IMG/VR virus record: IMGVR_UViG_3300037521_000114
Location: 37,195 to 101,194 of that record
Source: a virus
Length of the DNA stretch: 64,000 nucleotides
Reading direction: 5' to 3' (one strand)
The notes beneath the pieces were generated by a model, which made no database searches, was not told where the DNA came from, and saw only the letters and a list, made by a program, of their open reading frames with translations. Positions within the stretch are counted from its first letter, which is position 1, and every line of letters begins with the position of its first letter. Made by a program: the position numbers and the translations under genes. This document shows positions 21,962-32,386 of this stretch, piece by piece.

Positions 21962-22612
21962 TTAACGATTAAAATTAAATAACGTACTAAGATTGATACC
22001 TATCTTCACAGCATAGACATTCTGATCACCCTGTCGTCTGTACTGAAAGCCGTAAATTCGGTTATATTTCACCAAATCATAGTCTATTCCAAAGGTAAAG
22101 AATTTATCATTACCACCTGCTATTGCAGATAGATAGTGTCCGGTGACATATTTAGGTACTTTTATCGTCGTTATAATAGGCTTATACACAGGCTTTTCCG
22201 TAACCGTTTCGATTGTCCGGATCACGGTGCGATAATCCCACTCAATTTTTAGGTCTTCAATGGCTCCCTTTACCATAATATCAACCCACACATTGATCTC
22301 CTTTTCCCTGACAAGCGAATCCCTGTAATGGGTGATCGTAGTATCTCTCTCGTCTATTTCGGCTGTCGGGGTACTGGTAGTACTTTCGATCTTAGTAATG
22401 TAAACTGTGTCAGTTTTGGTTACAACAGGCTCCATTGGAAGATTTTCAATGGAATCAACGAAAGTGATAAAAGCATTTAAAGAGTCTACAACAGTTTGAT
22501 TGACAATGACTTTTCCTTCAGGGAGAGGTTTAAATTTGTACACAATCCATCCTCCTACTAACATACCGATAAGTAGAAAAAAGAAAAGTCCTATTGCACT
22601 ACTCCTTCTCAT
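21962..22612 (-). CDS. Membrane-anchored lysis accessory protein (spanin-like)
   Basis: N-terminal TM helix, KTDTVYIT-type repeats, C-terminal beta strands; follows holin and endolysin. Confidence 0.5.
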   Translation of the reverse strand: MRRSSAIGLFFFLLIGMLVGGWIVYKFKPLPEGKVIVNQTVVDSLNAFITFVDSIENLPMEPVVTKTDTVYITKIESTTSTPTAEIDERDTTITHYRDSLVREKEINVWVDIMVKGAIEDLKIEWDYRTVIRTIETVTEKPVYKPIITTIKVPKYVTGHYLSAIAGGNDKFFTFGIDYDLVKYNRIYGFQYRRQGDQNVYAVKIGINLSTLFNFNR

Positions 22613-22844
22613 TCACCTCGATCTCTTTTTGTTTCGTTTTATTCCATCCTGAGCCTGTAAGTAGAGCAGCAAGACCACCTACGAATATTCCTATTCCGGA
22701 CCACTCTACCGTTTCACCTTTAAATGTCTGTATAACTACATGAACCATAATGCCTATAATTGCGAGAGCGACTGAAATTGAAATTATAGTTAAACTAAAT
22801 CTCATCGCTGATCCTTTGACTATCGCTTTAGGTTTTGTTCTCAT
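22599..22844 (-). CDS. Putative holin
   Basis: 81 aa, two TM helices, charged C-terminus, adjacent to the endolysin. Confidence 0.6.
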   Translation of the reverse strand: MRTKPKAIVKGSAMRFSLTIISISVALAIIGIMVHVVIQTFKGETVEWSGIGIFVGGLAALLTGSGWNKTKQKEIEVNEKE

Positions 22845-23338
22845 GGTACATATAGTTCAACGTGTGGACGGTCATAAAAGTTGTTATCTGCAAGATCACC
22901 ATCCTTATCCCAATTCCCTCCCCACCGGACTTTATGAGTAATAACTCCTTGCAGAAACAAGAAGTCACCAGCCATGACCAGAGATGCTGCAATATATGTG
23001 AGATGTGGTATATCCCAAATGAGTTCAGGTTTATCTGGTACATACACGCAGAAATCTACTGCAAGAGATGGGTTGTGATTATGCTTTCCTACGATAGCGT
23101 AACCATCAATATTGGTCTTCTTCAGTTTAGGTTTAGTCAGTTTCCACCGTCCATCAATAAATTCTCTACCTGATTTGTAGAGTTCATGTTGTCTCTCAAC
23201 AGGTCGGTATCCCTCTGTGAGGGTAAAATCTACGAGACAATACTTTAATACCCAGTCTATAACTGTTTGTAGATCAGTATGTAAAGTGTCGAATTGTATC
23301 TTCGATCTGTTGCCTAAACTATGTGGTAGTAAGCTCAT
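22841..23338 (-). CDS. Endolysin, M15-family L-alanyl-D-glutamate peptidase
   Basis: EGYR..RQ..LY, H..SLAVD, RWGGNW, DRPHVEL motifs. Confidence 0.9.
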   Translation of the reverse strand: MSLLPHSLGNRSKIQFDTLHTDLQTVIDWVLKYCLVDFTLTEGYRPVERQHELYKSGREFIDGRWKLTKPKLKKTNIDGYAIVGKHNHNPSLAVDFCVYVPDKPELIWDIPHLTYIAASLVMAGDFLFLQGVITHKVRWGGNWDKDGDLADNNFYDRPHVELYVP

Positions 23339-23652
23339 GGTTTCTGACGATTAACTTGTGCAATATACTGCTTCACCTCATCAAGCATATCCTTGATCTC
23401 AGCTCTTGTCACATAGGTTTCCTTGATGTCCCGAATATCATGGGTATTGGCATTTATAACCAATACCTTATCGTTCGCAAAATCAATGTGATTATCGAAT
23501 TTTACAGCTACGATTGCCAGTTCAATTTGCAAGACTTCTGTATTATCGTTCAGCTCCTTTACTCGTCCTAATGCTACAGTCATAATCGACAACAATACCG
23601 ACAGCAATACCGTATTGACCCATCGTGAGATGTTTTCTTTTTTCACATTCAT
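23335..23652 (-). CDS. Membrane protein with coiled coil (lysis-associated?)
   Basis: Likely start MNVKKEN at 23652; one TM helix followed by heptad repeats. Confidence 0.5.
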   Translation of the reverse strand: MNVKKENISRWVNTVLLSVLLSIMTVALGRVKELNDNTEVLQIELAIVAVKFDNHIDFANDKVLVINANTHDIRDIKETYVTRAEIKDMLDEVKQYIAQVNRQKP

Positions 23653-23674
23653 GGTAGTGTAAAATTGAATATAG

Positions 23675-23707
23675 AAAAAAAGGGAACATGGGATTTCCAT
23701 GCTCCCT
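23675..23707 (-). terminator. Intrinsic terminator after the capsid operon
   Basis: Inverted repeat AGGGAACATGG/CCATGCTCCCT preceded by an A run (U tail on the minus strand). Confidence 0.65.
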
Positions 23708-23733
23708 TTATTATGAAAGGTTGTCGCCTACTA

Positions 23734-25032
23734 TTAGGTTACGTTCCCAACTTGAGCAGAACCGATTCCCCACAGGGTTACGATGATCTGGTCAAGAGCC
23801 AAAAGACCGAGACTGTCGGCTTCCGCAGTATTGGATACCAGTGTTCCATCTCCGTTCACGTCCACGTCCCATGCAACCATGATAGTCTTGGGAGACTCGG
23901 TTGGAGTTCCCTGAGCAGCCTTGAGGTTATGCTCATGCTCGATAACGAGCGTATCGTACCATGTAGTACCAATTCCATCAGTACGATTCACAACACCTGC
24001 TTCAGGGAAGCCTCTGTAAATGAACTCGTCAGACTGAAGTTCTCCTTCAAGATTGGCAATATACTGTCCTGTTCCGACTCCGGGAAAAGCTGCGGTGGTA
24101 GTGATGATCGAAGGACCAGCGTTGGCAAAGTCAATCTGAGTGCTCCAAAAGCAAACATTTGACCAGTAGTAACCTGCTTTGAACTCACGATCTACACCGA
24201 GAAGTTTCACACCATAACCAGCAGCTAAGGCAGTAGCAGTAGCTACGATAGCCACAGCAGCCTCGGCAGCAACAATAGTGTCACCCTGAAATGCTTGGGA
24301 AAGAACTGCGGTTTCACTTGCAGCGTCGATTGACACGACCTTATACAGAACTGCTGTAAGAACAGTGTCGTCCGGACCAACGAGATCGCCAACTGAAAGA
24401 ACAGCGTCGATGGCAGTTGCAGCAAGAATTACCTTACTCCCCTTTGTAAAGGTAACTGTACCTGTACCAGTTGCAGCAGTCCTTGCTCCACCGTTGGTCA
24501 TTCCAAAAGTGATATCCTGTTCAGTTTCACGAGAGTAGTTAGCAATCAGACTTGCAACAAGTCCAAGAGCAATAGCCTCCTGAGTATAACTTGCAGCCAG
24601 AGAGTTCGACTTATAAAAGCCTTCCTTGATTTTTTGCTGCATGAAACCAGCAGTGGTCTTGTCAAGGATGTTCAACCTGATGGTGTAGATGTTGGTAGCG
24701 GCTCCATCAATCGAACCGGAAACACCGTTCCATCCAACATAATCAAGTTGTTGAGTCTCCTTTGCAGTGGGAGTCAGATTGTAATGCTTCACCATGTAAG
24801 GAAGAATGATATCGGAATGAATGAGCTTGGTCCCACTCCTTTGAATGAACTTGAATCCTAATGCTGCTTCAGCAGCAGTAGTTGCGTTGTTAAGAACAAC
24901 GTTTCCGGGAGTTGTAATGACAACTTCACCATCTGCAAGTTGAGTGTAGACGTTGATTAACTCATCTACGACAGCACCCCTTGAAGGGTCTTTTCCGATA
25001 AAAAGTTGAGTTACGTTTCTAATTGTGTCCAT
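23734..25032 (-). CDS. Auxiliary capsid/decoration protein (crAss gene 74-like)
   Basis: 432 aa, A/T/G-rich; FPGVGTG..IANLE..YRG motif; position in the capsid module. Confidence 0.65.
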   Translation of the reverse strand: MDTIRNVTQLFIGKDPSRGAVVDELINVYTQLADGEVVITTPGNVVLNNATTAAEAALGFKFIQRSGTKLIHSDIILPYMVKHYNLTPTAKETQQLDYVGWNGVSGSIDGAATNIYTIRLNILDKTTAGFMQQKIKEGFYKSNSLAASYTQEAIALGLVASLIANYSRETEQDITFGMTNGGARTAATGTGTVTFTKGSKVILAATAIDAVLSVGDLVGPDDTVLTAVLYKVVSIDAASETAVLSQAFQGDTIVAAEAAVAIVATATALAAGYGVKLLGVDREFKAGYYWSNVCFWSTQIDFANAGPSIITTTAAFPGVGTGQYIANLEGELQSDEFIYRGFPEAGVVNRTDGIGTTWYDTLVIEHEHNLKAAQGTPTESPKTIMVAWDVDVNGDGTLVSNTAEADSLGLLALDQIIVTLWGIGSAQVGNVT

Positions 25033-25066
25033 TGTATATGAGTATTAAGTTAAACTAAAAATATTT

Positions 25067-26062
25067 TTATTCCTGTTGTTCTTGTATAGTACTGATCTGA
25101 AATCCTTTCTCATCCTGAAGTGCAGCGTAGGCAAGTTTAACAGCCTTATCTACAATTGCACGATGTATAATCGGATCAAGTTCACAATTAAGTCCTGTGT
25201 GATAATCTACAAACCAAATTCCATCTATAGTATCGTCTGTACCAGCATATACCACATCACTTGTCTCAGGAACAATGATCGCTCTTGGTTTCCGATCAAT
25301 GTGCAGATGTATAGTCGTGAGGGTAAATGTCCCATCAGTTATATACTCATGTTCTTTTGAGGATTCGTCTGCACTGTCGATCCTCCAAATCTTTCTGATG
25401 TTTGGCTTCTTGTAAGGATTGTCCTTATTTATACTGTAGAAGTCATCATCTATTGGGTCTACTTCAATATCAGTAATCGCATTTCCTGCAATTTTATCAA
25501 AGTAGAAATTACCTGCTATCAAAGCAATGTCTGCTCTTTCATTACGGACCTTGAGAACAGGATCAGCAACAATGAGTGTTCCAGCTACTCCTGCTTCACT
25601 TGTATCTACAGGAGTTTGAGATGATACTGTAAGACTACCCGTTGCAACCTTTTTAACAACATATTCTATATTATTAGCAGTAGTTGTAGCACCTGTAACA
25701 GTTATCACATCTCCTTCACGAAATCCAGCAGTTACGAATCCGTTTGCACTATCTTGAATAACATTGGGTCCTGATACAAAACTGAGAGTAGCACCCCCTA
25801 TAGAAACCTGTAGGGGGGTACTAAACCCGTTTGGATAGTTACCAGCAGTAAATGTCGAAAGGGGAATGACCTGCCTCAGACGAGACATAGCTTTCTTATT
25901 CTTCTCATCATAAGCACTGGACTCAAGTATGTCATAGACAAGCTGTTCCTGTGATCTGGTAAGAAATGTAGAAATCTCTTTCGGTACATATCCCGGAGCA
26001 TCAAAGTTGGTTATGCGATCATATCCAACGTCAAACTCATATTTCATTTGTTCTGCGGTCAT
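25067..26062 (-). CDS. Portal-proximal ring/adaptor protein with inserted beta domain
   Basis: FDVGYD..APGY..EISTFLT..Q, NPYKKP, CELDPIIHRAIVDKAV motifs; insert GFREGDVITVTGATTTANN. Confidence 0.65.
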   Translation of the reverse strand: MTAEQMKYEFDVGYDRITNFDAPGYVPKEISTFLTRSQEQLVYDILESSAYDEKNKKAMSRLRQVIPLSTFTAGNYPNGFSTPLQVSIGGATLSFVSGPNVIQDSANGFVTAGFREGDVITVTGATTTANNIEYVVKKVATGSLTVSSQTPVDTSEAGVAGTLIVADPVLKVRNERADIALIAGNFYFDKIAGNAITDIEVDPIDDDFYSINKDNPYKKPNIRKIWRIDSADESSKEHEYITDGTFTLTTIHLHIDRKPRAIIVPETSDVVYAGTDDTIDGIWFVDYHTGLNCELDPIIHRAIVDKAVKLAYAALQDEKGFQISTIQEQQE

Positions 26063-26068
26063 GCTATT

Positions 26069-27034
26069 TTATTTAGCAAGGTCAATCTGATTCTTTATGC
26101 GTAAATACTCATCTTGATGTTTGTCATCCTTGAGCCACTGAATACACTGATGAAGACTCTTTCCGAGAGGAACACCATCGACAGTTTCGATGTTAGTTCC
26201 TACCATCCTGAGTGATCCTGTTTTCAGACCTCTGTGTACCAGAAGTTTGAAGTCATAATTACCAGCATCCTCAATTACCTCAACAACTCCTGCAAGATCA
26301 TTGTCGATCAAATCCTGAATATCAGAATAGTAAGTATCCTTATTAGAGTTTTCACTCGGACGCTTACTCTTGGCGTTCTCAAGATAATAGACTGTGAGGA
26401 AGTCAAACATTGTGTCTCCTGAAGAATCAATCTTCGAGAGGTACTTGTAAGCCTTCTTCATCAAGTCAGCCTTCCTGATCTTATCAGTAAATTGCTGTCC
26501 TTCATGCTGTAAGGCAATCCGGTAAGTACCACTTGCAAGTCTCTTATCCCACTCAGGAGCTACAATACCTCCATCAGGTTGTGAGTTTAACATCAGTACT
26601 TTATACTGCAAATACTGTATCGGATCACTTAGGTCAAGAGTCATCAAGATCGTTTTATCAGTTACGATATCATCGGTCTTTCTGACGATTACCCTGAAAT
26701 CGTGCCAGAAGTTGTCCTTCTTACGGTACGGATTCAGGTCTCCTCCTTCGAGATCAAGATCAGAATTATTTTCAAAGAACTCTCTTTCTTCAACTGTCAA
26801 GGGATTCTTCAGTCTACCTGTGTCCTTGTCAATAGGAACCTGAATACCAATACTGGTGTGATCATACATGAACGATCCAGAGTGTCCATCGGGAAGCCAC
26901 TTCCCCGAACGGAGAATGGGCTTCACGTGAACCTTGGTATTTGGTAGATGAAAAATCTTCTTTTCTTCCTTAACTTCTTGTGCTGCAACAGGTTGTTTAA
27001 CAGTTGCAACGGCTTCTTCTTCTTTTTTAGCCAT
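26069..27034 (-). CDS. Conserved crAss structural protein (gene 75-like, portal vertex associated)
   Basis: NFW...LDLSDP..YLQYKVL motif; directly downstream of MCP. Confidence 0.65.
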   Translation of the reverse strand: MAKKEEEAVATVKQPVAAQEVKEEKKIFHLPNTKVHVKPILRSGKWLPDGHSGSFMYDHTSIGIQVPIDKDTGRLKNPLTVEEREFFENNSDLDLEGGDLNPYRKKDNFWHDFRVIVRKTDDIVTDKTILMTLDLSDPIQYLQYKVLMLNSQPDGGIVAPEWDKRLASGTYRIALQHEGQQFTDKIRKADLMKKAYKYLSKIDSSGDTMFDFLTVYYLENAKSKRPSENSNKDTYYSDIQDLIDNDLAGVVEVIEDAGNYDFKLLVHRGLKTGSLRMVGTNIETVDGVPLGKSLHQCIQWLKDDKHQDEYLRIKNQIDLAK

Positions 27035-27081
27035 TTTTCTTCTTCTTTAAATATGTGAAAGAACTACCCTGTCACCCTCAC

Positions 27082-28566
27082 TTAGAGGATGATAGGCTTA
27101 TAAGTTGCAGTACGTGTGGGATCGTAAACGATAGCTCCACCAGTGTACGCCCTGTGCTCGGTCCAAGCATCCTTAGGATTACTCATAATCCGGTTGGTCT
27201 GACCGATAGTGAAAGGATCTCTCAGTCCAGGCTCATAACCACGGATGTCTCCAAACTTGGCAAGAGCAACTTTCTGAATGTTAGGCTTTCCATCGGAAGT
27301 TCCCATGTTCAGGATTTCGTAAACACGACTCTCGGCAAGTCCTTGTCCACCGGGGAAATAAATCTTGTTACGAGCGAAGTCATCTTTCAGAGCATCGTGA
27401 ACAATGTTCACCTTGATCCCGTTGGGACCGATATACTCTAAGAACTGACCACGGAATCCCATTGGAGCCATTGCTCCGGTAACTCCTTTTCCACCGGAAT
27501 AAATCCTGTAGTTGTCCCTTGCAGGAGTGTACAGTGAGGTGTAATTTTCGAGAGCCTCATGGAATTGATACATTCCCCATTCTCCTGTCAAGACAGTCAC
27601 TTCACGTTGTCCCATCACAATCTTACCAACGGTAAGGTCAAGGAGCATTTCAGTGAATTTCTTGATGTCAAAGGAGTTATAGGTATTGTAGTTGGCAGCT
27701 TCCATTTGCTGCTTGATACCTGCACCCATTTGCAGAATACGACCCGATTTACCACGTTGAACGTACTTGCCGTCCTTGGTTTTGTTGGTCGTAGAATACA
27801 TGATCATGTGATTGATCTCATCCTGATACTGCATTTCCAGCTCGTATGAACGGTAGTCCATCCAAGTAGTCATCATCTTCTTCGATACTGGATCGACCCA
27901 AGAGAATTTTACTGGACGCTCGATCATGTTGCCGGGAATGGTATCCTGCATACGGATCATGGTAAAGGCGTTCATCATTTTGTAAGGGAACGTGTAATGT
28001 ACACCTCCACCTTTCACGGACAATTCTTGCTCCACAGGAGAGAAGTCCTTTGAGAAACGTTTTCCCGGTACGAGTTCATCGTAAGGAACAAAGAGATCAG
28101 GGTCTCCTGTGTTCAGCTTACATCTGTATCTCCAAAGTCCACCGACATTTACAGGGTCCGCAAGAACCAGAATCGGATATACTTCAAGACGCTCACCGAC
28201 AATCTGGTTCACATCAGTAAAGTATGCTTCAAAGAAAAACAGGTAAAACTCTCCGTAATTCAGACCTGCTTGTTGTGTAGCAGTCAAAGCAGTACCAGCC
28301 TCATCCAAAGAAGCCTTTGCAATAGGAATGTTTTTCTTCCCATTAGTGGTTATGTCCCAAGTAAAATCATCATCACTCGGAAGAGTGAGAGTAGGGAACT
28401 GATTAAGATAAGCGTTTACAGTAGCACCAAGATTCGCTTGATGAATCATGGTAGCAACTTTAGACGCTTGTTGAGGCTCAATACCGAACCTGTAACCCAA
28501 GTGTGACTTGGTTACGAGACCAGTGATGTCCTCGGATTCATAAAGTTGAAATGGTGAAATTCTCAT
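27082..28566 (-). CDS. Major capsid protein (Crassvirales type)
   Basis: 494 aa; GAGIKQQME, VLTGEWGMYQFH, Y.GPNGIKV..H, DPTR motifs; strong codon bias; portal-scaffold-MCP order. Confidence 0.9.
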   Translation of the reverse strand: MRISPFQLYESEDITGLVTKSHLGYRFGIEPQQASKVATMIHQANLGATVNAYLNQFPTLTLPSDDDFTWDITTNGKKNIPIAKASLDEAGTALTATQQAGLNYGEFYLFFFEAYFTDVNQIVGERLEVYPILVLADPVNVGGLWRYRCKLNTGDPDLFVPYDELVPGKRFSKDFSPVEQELSVKGGGVHYTFPYKMMNAFTMIRMQDTIPGNMIERPVKFSWVDPVSKKMMTTWMDYRSYELEMQYQDEINHMIMYSTTNKTKDGKYVQRGKSGRILQMGAGIKQQMEAANYNTYNSFDIKKFTEMLLDLTVGKIVMGQREVTVLTGEWGMYQFHEALENYTSLYTPARDNYRIYSGGKGVTGAMAPMGFRGQFLEYIGPNGIKVNIVHDALKDDFARNKIYFPGGQGLAESRVYEILNMGTSDGKPNIQKVALAKFGDIRGYEPGLRDPFTIGQTNRIMSNPKDAWTEHRAYTGGAIVYDPTRTATYKPIIL

Positions 28567-28599
28567 TTTTGCTTTTTTAGGAGCTTGTTAATACTAAAT

Positions 28600-29844
28600 T
28601 TATAGTCGCCTGAAGGCTTTTTCAAACTCATCAAGCTCATCCTCGTTTAATTTCGGCATTACAGTTTTACCTGCAACTGTTTTTTCTCTCGACTCGAACG
28701 CAGTACGAAACTCGTCCGTTGCTTTGGTTTTCTGAACCTTTGCGATTTTCGAGAAGTCAGGTTTCATCTGACCATCGTCATCTATATTAAAAAGACCGAG
28801 TCCATGATAGTAATGTATCATCATCTCAAAAGCATCAGGATTCTTACTCCTTGTCAGTGTTACAGGGTTGAGAGGATTACCATTTGCATCTTTTGCAATA
28901 GGTACAGTCATCGACTGCATAATCTTCTCTCTGGTTGGTTTCGTCAATTTAATTCCGGGAATAATCTCCGGAGTTGTTTCAACCTGTCGCTTCATCCTTG
29001 CAACACGCTGACGAATACCATCTTGACGAGCTTGTTCCTGTTGTTGTACTCCCTGTTCAAGATCATCAATTTTCTTCTTGAATCCACTTGAAACTCCTTT
29101 GAGAGCTTTCTTTGCTTTCGACCCAAGGTTCTCAAGAGCCTTGTAACCTTCAATCTCTTCAGCAATCTCTTCAGTAGAGAATCCTCTCATTGACAGAGAT
29201 GTACTTACAACTTCTTCTTGAAGTTTTTCGTCCTCAGCGACCTCATCCTCAGTTAATTTCGAGTACCTTTCAAAGTTGCGTTTCGCAATAGTGTACTCGT
29301 CAACTGGAAGACCCTTCTCTTTAGCTTCATATAGAGTCCTGTCCTCATCGGTTAGCGATTGCTTGAAGTTTTCTACACCTGCTTTGACCTGTTCACGAAC
29401 AGATATAATTGAAAGTTCTTTCAATGCAGCAGCTTCATCTCCATCGTTTCTTTCCTTTAAAGTAGCCCAATCTTCTTCATTAAAATCAAGAAAGACTCCC
29501 TCGTTGGCTCTGTCTCGTGCGAAGGCTAAATAAGGCGAAGAAGAAGAAGAATCGCTCGAACCACTACCGGAGGGAGTCTTAGTCTTTTTAGTTTCTTCTG
29601 TTTCAGTCTTTTCAATGAACGCTTCCGGTTTATCCGGATCAATAGTTTCCGATGGCGTATCGTCAATCTCGAATGTTCCATCTTCATAAATTGAGGCTAC
29701 CTCTTCTTCAGGTTTCTTCTCAACTTTTGGTTTCTCTTCAACAGTCTCTACTGCTGGTAATTCTTCTGTGTTGACTTCGATTAACCCGTCGCCAACATTC
29801 AGGTCAAAGAGTTGATCTCTTTGGTCTTCGCCTTGTTTCGCCAT
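28600..29844 (-). CDS. Putative scaffolding protein (crAss gene 77-like)
   Basis: 414 aa, acidic and coiled-coil; lies between portal and MCP. Confidence 0.7.
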   Translation of the reverse strand: MAKQGEDQRDQLFDLNVGDGLIEVNTEELPAVETVEEKPKVEKKPEEEVASIYEDGTFEIDDTPSETIDPDKPEAFIEKTETEETKKTKTPSGSGSSDSSSSSPYLAFARDRANEGVFLDFNEEDWATLKERNDGDEAAALKELSIISVREQVKAGVENFKQSLTDEDRTLYEAKEKGLPVDEYTIAKRNFERYSKLTEDEVAEDEKLQEEVVSTSLSMRGFSTEEIAEEIEGYKALENLGSKAKKALKGVSSGFKKKIDDLEQGVQQQEQARQDGIRQRVARMKRQVETTPEIIPGIKLTKPTREKIMQSMTVPIAKDANGNPLNPVTLTRSKNPDAFEMMIHYYHGLGLFNIDDDGQMKPDFSKIAKVQKTKATDEFRTAFESREKTVAGKTVMPKLNEDELDEFEKAFRRL

Positions 29845-29861
29845 TTTCTTCTTCCTTTATA

Positions 29862-29869
29862 CAAAATTA
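29862..29869 (-). promoter_or_regulatory. Bacteroidota-type -7 promoter box TAATTTTG
   Basis: Matches TAnnTTTG about 18 nt upstream of the scaffold gene start. Confidence 0.5.
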
Positions 29870-29924
29870 GATTTATAAAATACCTAACACAACTTGTTAG
29901 GTGTAATTCTTAATTCCTTATAGC

Positions 29925-32366
29925 TTATTTAGCAGTTTTTACAGGTTTTTGCATCGCTTTTTTCTTGTCAATTACCTCAGTTGCCTTATTGTGACGTACC
30001 GTTTCGGAGTGTTTTTGACCTTCAAGAGTATATTTACGATCCATTTCTTCCCAATCTTTCTTGAGTTTTTCTATGGTTTCACGAGCCTTATTAGCAGTAT
30101 CATCGTTCTCTGCGGAGTCTGCCTGAATCTGAGCGACTGTAATACTGGTTTCACTCTTGATTAGAGTCTCCTGCATCTTCTGCTCACGATCAGCTTGCTT
30201 GCTCTGAGCCTCAGCTTGAACAGCTTGCTGCTGAACTTCTATCTGCTGCTGTTGAGCTTGTTGTGCAGTCTGTTCAGCTTGTTCTTCGTAAGCCTCAATT
30301 TTTCTCCGTATGCTTGACATTGACTCGGAGAGGTAAATATCCATGAGACCGCTAAAGTTAATCTTGTCGTTCTGAAGTCCTGCCTGAGCAAGCTGTTTCA
30401 TGGTTGCAACCAGTTCAGCATCATTGGTAGCATTGGAAATCATGATACCGTAATCAGCTTCATTGAATTGCTGACCATCAATCTCAGTAATTACAGAAGC
30501 CATTTCATCCGAGATGTACTGCAATTTCTCATGAGATTTGTTTCTCCAAGCATACTTCGCTGTCTCAAGAAGAGTCTCAAGTACACGCAACTTCGTATTG
30601 TCGTGCATCATAAACCACTTCTCAGTGATGTGAGAGGACTGAGTAACAGCTCTTTCAATACCTCCGACAGTCTCACGATTCTCAATTTGTCCCTGTCTTT
30701 GCTGGTTTACACCAGCGATCTCACCAAGCTCTTGTTTGATAAATCCGAGCATCATTACGTGTTGCTGAATATAGGAACCCATCTCAAGATCGAGAACCTT
30801 TGAGTTCTGGTTCATCTGACCTGCAAGTTTCCCTGTAGCAGCACCTTTGTTACCTTCTTTAAATGGGTCTTCAATCGCCCATCCAAGTATCTCAGCATAA
30901 TACATCCACTTATCCATGTCCCAACCATCAGGGATTCTGGACGTGTCCATGACAGAAATCTTCCCTTTAGATTTTGCAAAGGCAAGTTCAGTTCTGTACA
31001 TGAATACATTATATAGGTACTGATAAGGTTTCATTCGATCCATAAGCGAACGAGATTGGGAGGTGTTAGTGTTATAGATCGTTCCAACATAACCGCTACC
31101 ACCTGCTGATTTGTTTCCCATTCTCCGGAATTGGATCGGTCTTGGTCCCCATTTAACATAAATGTCCTCTGCGATACGGGTTCCTTCCCACCATTCGTTG
31201 ATCCAGAACCACTCAATTTTCTCTCCAAGTTGCTCATTGACTTTATAGTTTTCATCTACAAGTTTTTTCTGAAGTTCGTTCTCTTCGTCGTACCATGAAA
31301 CCTCACCAACTTTACGCATGGAAACCCAAACGGTTTTTACTACACGAACTTCTCCGTTATCATTATATGCAGCAATGTTTCTTGTAGCAGTATCATCAGG
31401 ATCAAACATAGCATAATCCCAATCTTGTCCCTGTTGTCCATCAATATCTCCTATAATTTTGACAGGATTTTCTACAGGACGAAACACATCATAGTGAATC
31501 ATATTGGAGTTTTTCTCTCCTCCGGTCACTCCTTTTTCAATTTGGTCGATCTGAGTAGAAGTGAGATAATCATAGTAATTGTCTATGACCCAACGGATTG
31601 GTTGATATGTATCTTCAATAATGATGTCAGCATCTTCAACCTGATATGATTGTCCTGTACGAATAATTGTGAGAGTGAGAGGATCAACTTTACGTACAAT
31701 AGGTTCTCCACCTACAATATCAATATTGTAAACTTCTGTTCCTCCTACTAAAGCATCTTCGAATCCACGGTTAAATTTGAGTTGAAGCTCCTGCTCCTTC
31801 CAGAGATACTGAAGATACTGAGTGGCTCTGCGTTCACGAAGGTCCTGAGTTTCATACTTATTCCACTTGGTCATCTTCTCAAGCTCTGCTGCCATTTGCT
31901 CCTCATCGTACTCCTCTGCTTGAATTGCTTGAACAACTATATTGTCAATCATAGTTCGCTGACCCTGTTCCTTCTCAGAAATAGCATCAGGATTGGTAAC
32001 GGTAATACGCCAATCAAATCTGCGTTTGTATTCCTCACCAATAAGTAGATCAATCTTAGGATTTGCAATCGGATAGTTCTGCATCTTAGCAGGGAAGGTT
32101 GCACCTTTAATTCCCCACGGGTTGACAGCTTGTTCAATATCTCTCTCGTCAAGAATATCAGCACGAAGATTATAATTCGTTAGCATTGTCCGTTTATCTT
32201 GAACTATGTCAGTGTCACTGTTATAAGAAAGATCAATTGAGGCTTCGATACAATCTATCACAAATTGTTTTCCCTTGGCTGTTGTCTTTTTCTTCTGAAA
32301 AGGAAAATGAGCTGTCCGTTTTAAGGTTGCTCCTATCCCTCCGGAACCACTTGTGTTATAAGCCAT
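29925..32366 (-). CDS. Portal protein
   Basis: 813 aa; NYPIANPKIDLLIGEE, WINEWWEG, SLMDRMKPYQYLYN, GVNQQRQG motifs of crAss portals. Confidence 0.9.
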   Translation of the reverse strand: MAYNTSGSGGIGATLKRTAHFPFQKKKTTAKGKQFVIDCIEASIDLSYNSDTDIVQDKRTMLTNYNLRADILDERDIEQAVNPWGIKGATFPAKMQNYPIANPKIDLLIGEEYKRRFDWRITVTNPDAISEKEQGQRTMIDNIVVQAIQAEEYDEEQMAAELEKMTKWNKYETQDLRERRATQYLQYLWKEQELQLKFNRGFEDALVGGTEVYNIDIVGGEPIVRKVDPLTLTIIRTGQSYQVEDADIIIEDTYQPIRWVIDNYYDYLTSTQIDQIEKGVTGGEKNSNMIHYDVFRPVENPVKIIGDIDGQQGQDWDYAMFDPDDTATRNIAAYNDNGEVRVVKTVWVSMRKVGEVSWYDEENELQKKLVDENYKVNEQLGEKIEWFWINEWWEGTRIAEDIYVKWGPRPIQFRRMGNKSAGGSGYVGTIYNTNTSQSRSLMDRMKPYQYLYNVFMYRTELAFAKSKGKISVMDTSRIPDGWDMDKWMYYAEILGWAIEDPFKEGNKGAATGKLAGQMNQNSKVLDLEMGSYIQQHVMMLGFIKQELGEIAGVNQQRQGQIENRETVGGIERAVTQSSHITEKWFMMHDNTKLRVLETLLETAKYAWRNKSHEKLQYISDEMASVITEIDGQQFNEADYGIMISNATNDAELVATMKQLAQAGLQNDKINFSGLMDIYLSESMSSIRRKIEAYEEQAEQTAQQAQQQQIEVQQQAVQAEAQSKQADREQKMQETLIKSETSITVAQIQADSAENDDTANKARETIEKLKKDWEEMDRKYTLEGQKHSETVRHNKATEVIDKKKAMQKPVKTAK

Positions 32367-32386
32367 GATATGTAGTTTTTATAAAA

